Source: Candidatus Cloacimonadota bacterium
Lineage (GTDB): Bacteria; Cloacimonadota; Cloacimonadia; Cloacimonadales; DAONDQ01
Length of the DNA stretch: 64,000 nt
Assembly (NCBI GenBank): GCA_035402645.1
Contig: DAONDQ010000004.1
Span: 293 to 64,292 of the forward strand
Reading direction: 5' to 3'
This document shows positions 25,587-34,047 of this stretch, piece by piece. Both the position numbers and the translations under genes were made by a program. Numbering within the stretch: position 1 is the first letter of the stretch; every line of letters begins with the position of its first letter. The notes below the pieces were generated by a model. It ran no database searches. It had not been told where the DNA came from and saw only the letters and a list, made by a program, of their open reading frames with translations.

Positions 25587-27814
25587 TCCATTTTGATTAG
25601 TGGAACTCTAGGTCTAAAAGATTCCACAGTTTGATTGACTATATCTTTAACACCCATAACCTTATCGTTTCTGACCGGTGTTAATATTTCATCATGAATG
25701 TTCAGAGGTGCGACGATCCAATCGCCGATACCTGCAGGTTGCATGTCCCATATGCGTCGCTGTACCCTTTTAGTGATTTGTGCGCCACTCGACTGTATCC
25801 TATGATTACAAGCTGCTCGCATAGCCCCTGCTTGAATTGCAAACGCAGCTCCGAACAAAGCACTTCGAACCGCGCCCGAAACTGATTGTTCTCTGTCGCG
25901 ACGAGTAACTGTAATCTTGAGACGCGTCCACTCTTTAGGTGGTGTTTCAGCAAGGTCAAAAAGCGCTTTACAGATTTTGTTTTCGAGTGTGAAGTAACGC
26001 CTAAAACCAAAGAGAGATTCGATATAGTCTGCAGGTTCATGCCATTCGACTTTTGTTCCAAGACCATTTGGCTGACGCATGGAACAAAACATATCGAACA
26101 CTTTGCGCCTCGCTTTACCAACCTCAGTGTACACCGACGTAAATCGCCTATACGCTTCATTAGCAACCTCCAAATCGACACCAAGTCGATCCTTTAATGT
26201 TTCAGCTTCACCACCATATAGGAGGGCGAATACTGCTTGTTTACATTTAGTATAAATAGCTTTGTCTGCACGTATTTCATCATATGATTTATCGAGAAAC
26301 ACGTACTGACCGAATAGTGCATGAATAGATTTACCAATCAGTAGGTCTTTGTGTAGGTTCGGATCGTTGTACTCTGCATCTGCCAGTACGACCTCAAATG
26401 AATCAAAGTCCCCACCACATAGAGTATAGTGTCGCGGATCGAAATTCAATGGGAAGCACTCCCTAACATATTTGTCATGCTTTATGCCTTGGGGGTTAAG
26501 ACCGTCAGCACCACTCATACGAGTAGAAAGTGTCCCAATAACTTTAAAGCTAGGACAGAATCGTCCTGCTTGAAGTAGCTTATCATACAACTCGACTTCC
26601 TTCATAGCTTGCCTACAAATGAGAACTTCTTCTGCTCTCAATGCGGATGGATGACGAATCATAACTGGCTCAAATGAGTTTGGATCGTTCTTCTCCCATT
26701 TGGCTATATCTTCCAGTATGGTCTTCTTAGTTGAATCAATGAAGGCTTTCTCAGTTTCATCCATAGGTTCAGTGACGTACATCAGAACTTTCTTAGGAGC
26801 ATTTACGAAAGGCAGTGATTCAGCAATCGCCTGTACCTTAGCTTTCAACTCGGTCATCTTCTCAATATCAACCTTGAAGCCATGCCAACGTACTGAACCA
26901 ACCATGCAAGCTAGTACTGAATCATCGTCATCCATGTGCATATCGCCTTGCTTCATGAAGTGCTCATACAATTTCCTAGTGTATACTACATCTGTTTTAG
27001 CATACTCTCTTGCTTGCTGATTATATCCCCAATGAGTTATATGTACATTAACTTTGTCTACCCAAGTATTAAGCCAGTGACCGCGGTAAGTCTGTTGCCA
27101 TACACCACGATCATTCCATACACCTGCTAAAGCATAAGGCGCGTAACCGTATTCCACAGGTCTGTGTCTTGATTCGACCTCCACATCTTGATATACAGTA
27201 ACATCGTTCTTATTCACGAGTCCAATGTCCACTGCCAAAGCCTTTAACGCACTGCTCGGAGCGAATTTCAATGTTACAGTTTTGAAGTCTACATCATCCT
27301 CTATATCCAGTACGTGCCATTGTACTCCGTTCTTGCTTCGCATGAAATAAATGGGATTCAATGGTATTAATTCATTTAACTTCTCAGCTAAAGAGTAGGC
27401 AAGCATGGTAGGTACTCTATTGATGTTTATATCTTCCCTATCCATTGTTGATTGATATTCACCTTTCCTTGCGTGTAGCATAAGGTCAAGACAGTGTTTA
27501 GGTTTCAAACAAGCACCATCCATAGCTTTAGGTTCAAGCATAGCAAGGTCTTCAATTATGTCGATTGGATAATCATCGTAGTTATGCCATAGTGATAGCA
27601 TATTATAAATCTTGCATAGATGGAAATGATCGAAAGCCAAATTGAATCCTACAAGACCGCCTTCATGATCCATCATCATTTCGATTAAGGATAAGGTTTC
27701 TTGTATAGGTGTAGTCCATACGGAATGAAGTTTGATAGGTTCATCATCCACTTGGTATTGGATTAGAACCACCACACCATGTAAGCCACAAGTTTCTGTA
27801 TCATACCATATCAT
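25550..27814 (-). CDS. family A DNA polymerase with 3'-5' exonuclease domain
   Basis: Exo I is WYDTETCGL and Exo II is FNLAFDHFHL. Polymerase motif A is GGDFDSFEVVL, motif B KQAVFALLYGG and motif C NIHDEILTP. Confidence 0.9.
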   Translation of the reverse strand: MIWYDTETCGLHGVVVLIQYQVDDEPIKLHSVWTTPIQETLSLIEMMMDHEGGLVGFNLAFDHFHLCKIYNMLSLWHNYDDYPIDIIEDLAMLEPKAMDGACLKPKHCLDLMLHARKGEYQSTMDREDININRVPTMLAYSLAEKLNELIPLNPIYFMRSKNGVQWHVLDIEDDVDFKTVTLKFAPSSALKALAVDIGLVNKNDVTVYQDVEVESRHRPVEYGYAPYALAGVWNDRGVWQQTYRGHWLNTWVDKVNVHITHWGYNQQAREYAKTDVVYTRKLYEHFMKQGDMHMDDDDSVLACMVGSVRWHGFKVDIEKMTELKAKVQAIAESLPFVNAPKKVLMYVTEPMDETEKAFIDSTKKTILEDIAKWEKNDPNSFEPVMIRHPSALRAEEVLICRQAMKEVELYDKLLQAGRFCPSFKVIGTLSTRMSGADGLNPQGIKHDKYVRECFPLNFDPRHYTLCGGDFDSFEVVLADAEYNDPNLHKDLLIGKSIHALFGQYVFLDKSYDEIRADKAIYTKCKQAVFALLYGGEAETLKDRLGVDLEVANEAYRRFTSVYTEVGKARRKVFDMFCSMRQPNGLGTKVEWHEPADYIESLFGFRRYFTLENKICKALFDLAETPPKEWTRLKITVTRRDREQSVSGAVRSALFGAAFAIQAGAMRAACNHRIQSSGAQITKRVQRRIWDMQPAGIGDWIVAPLNIHDEILTPVRNDKVMGVKDIVNQTVESFRPRVPLIKMEWKVGLKSWAEK

Positions 27815-28203
27815 TAGAAAGGCATATCCTTTTCATGGTGAATTAAAGATTGAACGTCATAGTAGACTCGTTTATTAAGTTCGATTGCTAAATCTCGCTC
27901 AGTAATACAGTTAGGACTTCCTTCCCAACCAAACAAACATAAGGCAACATTACTCCGACGTAAATCATCTAAGCTAATCTGCCTTAACATATTAACGTCC
28001 ACTGGATATTCCGTACTTAAAAGATAATTGAAATCTAAGAAATGATGAGAAACATTAAAACCTTGACTTATTAAGTAGGCTTCCATATTGATGCCCTTCT
28101 TAATATTGTCAATGAATCTCATTGGCTCATTTGCCGTTATTCTTCCTATGATGAAGACTTTTTTCATATGAAAAATACTTCCTCTCTTTGTTATGCTCAT
28201 CAC
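27814..28203 (-). CDS. hypothetical protein, possibly nucleoside 2-deoxyribosyltransferase-like (DUF4406-like)
   Basis: MKKVFIIGRITANEP...FGWEGSPNCITERDLAIELNKRVYY resembles that fold's pattern. The call is weak and the start is uncertain. Confidence 0.3.
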   Translation of the reverse strand: MMSITKRGSIFHMKKVFIIGRITANEPMRFIDNIKKGINMEAYLISQGFNVSHHFLDFNYLLSTEYPVDVNMLRQISLDDLRRSNVALCLFGWEGSPNCITERDLAIELNKRVYYDVQSLIHHEKDMPF

Positions 28204-28310
28204 TCTTATTGAAATCTTTACCTAAATCAACTAAGTCTATCACGTATTGTATCTCATCTATATGCCCGTGATAGACTTTAGTCTTGCGATGACATTTGAT
28301 ACTGGTGTCA

Positions 28311-29213
28311 TTACTGTTCTGAATCACTGTTATCACCCACCAGTTGAGATGTCGTGCTTATACACTGTGATTCCGGCATTACGAACTTGATGTTATTCTC
28401 CTTCGCGACGTGTTCGACAGTGAGAAGCATATCGTAATCACTTATCTCACCTATTGTCCATGCAAGGGCACGAGTAGCAAGTCCGTTACCAAATGTTTCA
28501 CGAATCAAAGTCTGAAGTTCCAGTACCTCGGACACGTGCCTCTGCCTCTTGGCATCTTTCTTTGCTACTCTAATGGTCATCTTCTTTCCATTAGCAGTGC
28601 CTTTAGTTCCCTTGTATTTGTGAACCAACTGAACCATGTCATCGATTGATCCGCCGTTCTTTCTAATAGTATACAGGTCACGAATCATGGTCTGATTGAT
28701 ATTACCAAGTCTTGCTTCTTCTTGGAACTCTTTAGGTAATTGGAGAAGCATACACCGAACCTGTACCCAACCACGAGTTGAGGACAACTTGTCTGCTATC
28801 TCCTGTTGAGTCATTCCTAAGTCGATGAACTTGCCTAATGCATTAGTTTCATCCATGATGTTTAAATCTGCTCTCTTGATGTTCTCCGCGAGATTTATGA
28901 ATCGCGCTTCCACATCACTAAGGTCATCACGTATGAAGCAAGGTATGGTCTCGGCTTCATTTACTTGATGCGCTTTGAATCGACGATGACCTGCAACGAT
29001 TATATACTTCTTACCATCTTTAGGCTCTTTCAATGTCCTAACGATGATTGGTGCGTGTAGACCGTTCTTTTTTATATCGTCAGCTATATCCACCACACTC
29101 AAAGCACTGAAACTACCACGACAGTTGAAATCCGGATCAGCGAATATTTCCTTCACCGGAATCTGATGTACTTGATAGCGTTCCTTCATGTTTTCCAACG
29201 ATAAATCTGCCAT
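28311..29213 (-). CDS. ParB/Srx-fold N-terminal domain protein (paralogue 2)
   Basis: YIIVAGHRRFKAHQVNEAETIPCFI is like ParB box II (GxRRxxA), followed by an HTH-like MTQQEIADKLSSTRGWV. Confidence 0.7.
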   Translation of the reverse strand: MADLSLENMKERYQVHQIPVKEIFADPDFNCRGSFSALSVVDIADDIKKNGLHAPIIVRTLKEPKDGKKYIIVAGHRRFKAHQVNEAETIPCFIRDDLSDVEARFINLAENIKRADLNIMDETNALGKFIDLGMTQQEIADKLSSTRGWVQVRCMLLQLPKEFQEEARLGNINQTMIRDLYTIRKNGGSIDDMVQLVHKYKGTKGTANGKKMTIRVAKKDAKRQRHVSEVLELQTLIRETFGNGLATRALAWTIGEISDYDMLLTVEHVAKENNIKFVMPESQCISTTSQLVGDNSDSEQ

Positions 29214-29231
29214 AAATCCTCCACTATGTTA

Positions 29232-29441
29232 TTAATCTTTCCACCATTCATCGCCAACACCGACACCAATTTCTCCCCACAAATCTAAATAATCTCCGTA
29301 GCATGAATCACCACGAAACTTATCATATTTTTTCCCACGTTTGATTTGTTTCTCGAAGAAATTATCGGACTTCTTATCGTAGATAGAACCCTTCAACGCC
29401 TTATTGACGATGGAGTTCATCACGTTGCCATGTAATTTCAT
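29232..29441 (-). CDS. hypothetical protein (69 aa)
   Basis: 4-nt overlap with the SNF2 gene stop. Confidence 0.4.
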   Translation of the reverse strand: MKLHGNVMNSIVNKALKGSIYDKKSDNFFEKQIKRGKKYDKFRGDSCYGDYLDLWGEIGVGVGDEWWKD

Positions 29442-31318
29442 TTCATATACTCCCTTAGTTCTTCCATACTCATGGCTTGAAGTTCACGCTTCTTCTTCAA
29501 GTTCTCAAGAATCAATTCATCACTTTTGAGATTAACTATATCTATTATGGTTGCGCCTCTTTGGGCATCCATTCCAGGTCTATGTATCCTGTCCTCTGCC
29601 TGTATTCTATTCTCCGCTTTGAAATCATTAGAGAAGAATATGACTACGGGTGATGCCGTTAAGGTTAGTCCCATACCGCCCGACTCCGGATGCGCTATGA
29701 AGGCTATCTTGGGGTGATTCTCGAATCCGTTTTGGAACTCGTTAAGGACATCATCTTCTTTAATGCCCATATCATTAACCCAACCACGACCATCAACACG
29801 AATACAATTCCAAGTAAGACTTCTAGCAATATCCATACAACGATCGATGGAAGCCGTAAAACCAGCATATATAACAACACGTCCAATATCTTCGAACTCG
29901 TCAAGTAAATCACGTAGAACATCATCTTTAGGAGATTTGACAGTTTGAGTAGTCCTAATGATACGAGGAACAAGACCAGTACCGGCACACTTGTAACATT
30001 CCACAAGAACAGGCTTAATCTGCTCCGTCGGGACTGTGTTAGGATCAACGATTGGGAAATCTTCACACTTTTGAGTACCATTGCAAACAGGACATTTGGT
30101 CTTATCATTTGATTCCTCTTCTTTATACTGGAAGCCATCACTTAATTCCCTTAACAAAGTCAAGCCGGTGATAGCACGACCTGACGTATTCTTAATGTGT
30201 TCTGCAACTCTCAGTAGAGATGCATCCGGCTCGCACTTAATAAGCCTATAAATCTTATCGGGAATATCTAAACAATCTTTCTTTAACTGTGTTATAACTA
30301 ATCCTTTAAGTCTTTCACCGAGATACTGGACTTCATTCTTACATGGAATGAAATCATGATAATTTCCATTAGGGAAATTACTTATAGGATCGAACTGTTT
30401 ATGATTTATATCATCTTTATTCTTTCCACATTTGTTGCATAAATCATCACTGTTCTTCCAAGTTACTAGATGAGGGTACACACCGCCACTTAATGATTCA
30501 CGTTCTTCGATGATAGCAAGTCTGTTTCTGAACTTCTGAATATTGCCTTCCTTTAAATATCCCGGACAGGCTATCTCACAGAGATGCCACCAATCACATG
30601 GATTGTGAGGAGCGGGTGTACCACTCATCAAGTAAATGTGTCCTCTATCGCCGTACTTGCTTCTAACTATTTCAGCCAAGTACAAAGCTGCTTGACTTCT
30701 TTTGGCAACTGGAGTCTTAACTCGTGAACACTCATCAAAGACCACACCTTGAGGTATGTATTCATTATTCTTTACAAACTTCTCAAGTGATGAATACGTT
30801 ACGAACTCCGGTGTGATTGAACAGTTCCACTTACGGAACTCCAACTTCACTGCATTTATAGAACTATGCGTACCAACCCATAGCCAGTTGATTGCGCCAT
30901 CAATACGAGAAGCCCACTCCATAGCTTCGATAGCTGCTAAAGTCTTACCAACTCCCATTTCGCCAGCAAGAATGGCTTGTTTGCGAGTGATAAGATGCTT
31001 CGTTGCAAATATCTGATGCTTATAGAGTGGTCGAAGTGTAGCGTAATCGAAGTATGGCATATCGTAGCGCATATAAGGGTTCTTCCCTTCGAGGAACTCT
31101 AATTGAAAGATATTCCTGTTACTTGCTTTGATTGACCATATCTTCCGCGGATTCTCTTTATCATATCCATGATAACGTGCGCCATCAAATGATTTGATCT
31201 CGTCCAGTAGGGCGCGATTGAAGGGGAATGAACAGAAGATACGATCCCCTTCGTATTCCAATTTTACTGGAACTTTCCTGCCATTAGCATTGAAGTATGT
31301 TTGTTCCGTTGTTCCCAT
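29438..31318 (-). CDS. SNF2-family helicase with an inserted DnaJ-type zinc finger
   Basis: Motif I is LAGEMGVGKT, motif II VVFDECSR, motif III LMSGTPAPH and motif VI AEDRIHRPG. The insert between the two RecA lobes reads CPVCNGTQKC...CYKCAGTG. Confidence 0.85.
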   Translation of the reverse strand: MGTTEQTYFNANGRKVPVKLEYEGDRIFCSFPFNRALLDEIKSFDGARYHGYDKENPRKIWSIKASNRNIFQLEFLEGKNPYMRYDMPYFDYATLRPLYKHQIFATKHLITRKQAILAGEMGVGKTLAAIEAMEWASRIDGAINWLWVGTHSSINAVKLEFRKWNCSITPEFVTYSSLEKFVKNNEYIPQGVVFDECSRVKTPVAKRSQAALYLAEIVRSKYGDRGHIYLMSGTPAPHNPCDWWHLCEIACPGYLKEGNIQKFRNRLAIIEERESLSGGVYPHLVTWKNSDDLCNKCGKNKDDINHKQFDPISNFPNGNYHDFIPCKNEVQYLGERLKGLVITQLKKDCLDIPDKIYRLIKCEPDASLLRVAEHIKNTSGRAITGLTLLRELSDGFQYKEEESNDKTKCPVCNGTQKCEDFPIVDPNTVPTEQIKPVLVECYKCAGTGLVPRIIRTTQTVKSPKDDVLRDLLDEFEDIGRVVIYAGFTASIDRCMDIARSLTWNCIRVDGRGWVNDMGIKEDDVLNEFQNGFENHPKIAFIAHPESGGMGLTLTASPVVIFFSNDFKAENRIQAEDRIHRPGMDAQRGATIIDIVNLKSDELILENLKKKRELQAMSMEELREYMK

Positions 31319-31731
31319 TAAAACATATCCTTATCTATGTTCTTGAGCATTTTCTTGTACTCTATGCATCTCTCCGATATTGATTCGTCAATCCGGCACA
31401 GTAGGAAATAGTCTACGAAGTCCCGCCACTGCACAAGGTTACCTGTTAAACAAACGAATCCCTTATTGTACCGAACAATTAAGAAGTTATTGATTAGCAA
31501 GATGTTCTTCATGGGAGTCTGATTCACTTCGAATACATCAGTACAGTAGATTAATTCTCGTGCATCAGTTCCTGGAAATGCCTCGTTGCATATCTTTATG
31601 AAGGAAGTATAATCGAGAGGATTATTGAGTTCATCCGTATGTTTACGAATGATTGACGAATCCATCGACTTGATGGAAACGAGAAATGGCTTCCAATTTA
31701 TGGATGATCCAAGTATCATATTAATAACCAA
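31318..31731 (-). CDS. hypothetical protein
   Basis: The stop overlaps the SNF2 start by 1 nt. The track start is TTG. The first ATG is at 31719. Confidence 0.4.
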   Translation of the reverse strand: MVINMILGSSINWKPFLVSIKSMDSSIIRKHTDELNNPLDYTSFIKICNEAFPGTDARELIYCTDVFEVNQTPMKNILLINNFLIVRYNKGFVCLTGNLVQWRDFVDYFLLCRIDESISERCIEYKKMLKNIDKDMF

Positions 31732-31734
31732 CCT

Positions 31735-31772
31735 TATTAAAAAGCGAGCAACCTTTTTTAGAGAGGTTGCTC
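31735..31772 (-). terminator. rho-independent terminator
   Basis: The minus strand reads GAGCAACCT-CTCTAAAAA-AGGTTGCTC followed by GCTTTTTAATAA. Confidence 0.65.
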
Positions 31773-31928
31773 AATCATGCTCTTGCGAGGTGCGTATGCT
31801 CACAATAGGGAGATTGAGTTATCCCAATCCGCCTATGGTGAGCATGGGGTGTTTCCACCTACCTTGCCCAACCATCCGATTATAGTGTCGGAACTTCCAT
31901 AGGACGAGTGAATCGAACCCACAAGGAG

Positions 31929-32573
31929 TTATCTCGCCCTATCGTTCTTTTCAGCTTCCGCAGCCATCTCGGACATCTTGTCGTCGGGCTTTTGGAAGGT
32001 GGCTATCTCTGCTTCAATCGTTTCCTTTGAAGGCAGATCTTCGTCAAGAGGCACTGAGCAAGTCGTCACCTTCGGGGCATGCCAACTGTACTTCTTACCT
32101 TCGATGAAGATAACCTTTATTGTTGCAGATTTGCCAATCAACGCTCTGAGGGGTTTCGCCTCATACAGTGCTGATTTGTTGTTCAGATAATAAGGAACGA
32201 ATCCATGGTCGGGAAGCCACAGAAGGAACTCCACTCCGCACATACAACCGGAGTCTTGGACTCCTGCTTCTGCTTGGATTTTGGCGAACGCTTCTGACTT
32301 CGGATCGTGGATTATTTCCATGTTATCGCCGGTACGAATCGCTTTGGGACGCCATGCAATGACTAAGCAATCAAATGACTGTCCCAAGTCAAGGGTATCC
32401 TGTCCATCAACAAGAGCAAAATGCCCCATTGGGAACTTGCCCGATTTAACAAGATTGCTTGATGCCCCATAGAGTTGAATCCTCTTGAAGCCTGTTGATC
32501 CGGCAATCGAATTAAATACGGAGTCATCATAGACGGCAACCGCATTTTCCTGTTTCACTATTTCATTTTCCAT
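31929..32573 (-). CDS. hypothetical protein (214 aa; possible ssDNA-binding or annealing role by position only)
   Basis: The ORF has a good SD and a charged C-terminal tail. It sits between a ParB-like gene and the helicase. No diagnostic motif. Confidence 0.4.
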   Translation of the reverse strand: MENEIVKQENAVAVYDDSVFNSIAGSTGFKRIQLYGASSNLVKSGKFPMGHFALVDGQDTLDLGQSFDCLVIAWRPKAIRTGDNMEIIHDPKSEAFAKIQAEAGVQDSGCMCGVEFLLWLPDHGFVPYYLNNKSALYEAKPLRALIGKSATIKVIFIEGKKYSWHAPKVTTCSVPLDEDLPSKETIEAEIATFQKPDDKMSEMAAEAEKNDRAR

Positions 32574-32663
32574 GTTCTTGTTTCCTGTTTCTTTTGGCAG
32601 ATTAGCCGAAGTAACGTTAAGTACACTAAGTGGATAACGTTACTTCGGCATCACCTGAACTTG

Positions 32664-33665
32664 TTATGCGATCTTGATTCCGACGGAAGCGGCATCCTTC
32701 TTAGCCTGCTCTGCTTCCTTCTGAAGTTTGGCAATCTTTGCCTCGGCGTTCTCGTACTTCTTCTGAACGGTTTCCTTGATACGCCTTTCCTTCGCTTCGG
32801 CGAGAGCCTTCTTACGGGCTTCGTACTTGGCGAGAGATTCGGCAATCGCGGCTTTGTCCATTTTCAGAACCCAGCGAATCGCAAGTGCGAATCCATCGGC
32901 AGGAGTACCGGCGTTTTCCTCTTTGCAGAGTTTCGCGCCAATAGCCGGTGATTCATATTCACCCTTGATTTCGGCAGGTTTCCTCATGACAGGAATTGCC
33001 ACGAATTCTTCCGGCTGACCGTCCTTGCCTTCGCGACGTGCCTTGTCGAGTTCCTTCTTCCTTGATTCAACAAGGGGAACGAATTCAACGGGAGGAAGAG
33101 TCATGGCTCTGTCAAGGAAAGCTGCGATTTCGCCTTCGGGTAGCTTGCTGAGTGCATACGCATTACCGAGTTTGATTTCACCGCTATCAACGGAGTCCTG
33201 TACTTCCTTGGGAAGAGTAAGGAGACCAAAGCGTTCTGAAATCCATGCCGTTGATTTGCAAATCTTCTGAGCGAGATCGGCAACGGTCATGAGAGGGTAG
33301 ACGGAAAGCATACGCTTGAGACCTTTGGCGTACTCAACGGGCTTTGTGTCGACCTTCTGAATATTCGCAACAATCTGAGTTTCAAGAGCTTCTGCCTCTG
33401 AAACATCGAGGATCTGAACAGGTATCTCAATCAAACCTGCCCTCTTTGCGCCTGTATAGCGATGGAGACCATCAACGATACAGAATTTCCCCGCATTTTC
33501 GCCGTCGCGGAGTTCACGGACGCTAATGGGATTTACGATTCCCTTAGCCTTAATCGATTCTGCAATCTCCTGGAACTGTTCTGATTCCTCATTTACTGAG
33601 CGCAGAGCGACGGGAGATTCGACGATCTGATCCAGTTTGAGTGTCGCAAGTTTTGACATTTGCAA
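32664..33665 (-). CDS. ParB/Srx-fold N-terminal domain protein (paralogue 3) with a Lys/Ala/Glu-rich C-terminal tail
   Basis: CIVDGLHRYTGAKRAGLIEIPVQIL (ParB box II-like) is followed by an HTH-like MTVADLAQKICKSTAWISERF. This is the first gene of the minus-strand block. Confidence 0.65.
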   Translation of the reverse strand: MQMSKLATLKLDQIVESPVALRSVNEESEQFQEIAESIKAKGIVNPISVRELRDGENAGKFCIVDGLHRYTGAKRAGLIEIPVQILDVSEAEALETQIVANIQKVDTKPVEYAKGLKRMLSVYPLMTVADLAQKICKSTAWISERFGLLTLPKEVQDSVDSGEIKLGNAYALSKLPEGEIAAFLDRAMTLPPVEFVPLVESRKKELDKARREGKDGQPEEFVAIPVMRKPAEIKGEYESPAIGAKLCKEENAGTPADGFALAIRWVLKMDKAAIAESLAKYEARKKALAEAKERRIKETVQKKYENAEAKIAKLQKEAEQAKKDAASVGIKIA

Positions 33666-33784
33666 CTCCTTTCTCGTGATTGTTCAATCATTGCACTTTT
33701 AAGGAAACAATAATCATAATCATCAAAACAGAATTCCGGCAATCTTCTGATTGTGATTATCAATATAGTTCCTTCCGTCAATGT

Positions 33785-33813
33785 ACTATACTACAATATA
33801 TAAGAAAAAACAA
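33785..33813 (-). promoter_or_regulatory. sigma70-type promoter, copy 2 of 3 (drives the minus-strand replication block)
   Basis: The minus strand reads TTGTTT-17 nt-TATAGT, inside the left arm of the inverted repeat. Confidence 0.55.
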
Positions 33814-33900
33814 GTAAGGTTACAAACTTACTAAAAAACAGTTTGAAATACGTTTATATATATGGTATATATTACAATATTTAGCAATCTATAAATATTT

Positions 33901-33924
33901 GTAAGTTAGTAAGTTAGTAAGTTA
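33901..33924 (+). repeat. three tandem GTAAGTTA iterons
   Basis: GTAAGTTAGTAAGTTAGTAAGTTA. A fourth, inverted copy (AACTTAC) lies near 33825. Confidence 0.85.
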
Positions 33925-33932
33925 AATAATAC

Positions 33933-33961
33933 TTGTTTTTTACCTTATATTGTAGTATAGT
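33933..33961 (+). promoter_or_regulatory. sigma70-type promoter, copy 3 of 3 (drives the primase-methylase block)
   Basis: TTGTTT-17 nt-TATAGT, inside the right arm of the inverted repeat. Confidence 0.55.
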
Positions 33962-34047
33962 ACATTGTAAGGAATTTACCCGTTGCAGAATCACAATCAT
34001 AAGCATTTCAAAATTGATTGTGATTATTTAAAAAGATTGGCTAATCA

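Larger units (their letters stand above)
33779..33967. repeat. 38-nt inverted repeat (34/38) flanking a 113-bp AT-rich core
   Basis: The arm 33779-33816, CAATGTACTATACTACAATATATAAGAAAAAACAAGTA, pairs with 33930-33967. The outer 22 nt and the inner 12 nt are perfect. Confidence 0.9.

Noticed and set aside
28127-28336. 69-aa minus-strand ORF filling the 107-nt gap between the DUF4406-like and ParB-like genes.
   Set aside because: It overlaps both neighbours substantially (77 and 26 nt), lacks a convincing SD and has a low-complexity basic composition. It is not reported as a feature.
31895-31930. tRNA-like T-loop sequence on the minus strand (GTGGGTTCGATTCAC). It could be a tRNA gene or an attP fragment of a tRNA 3' end.
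   Set aside because: The flanking bases do not form a 5-bp T-stem (GTGGG vs CACTC). The rest of a cloverleaf would have to overlap the 3' end of the 214-aa CDS. No integrase lies in the window.
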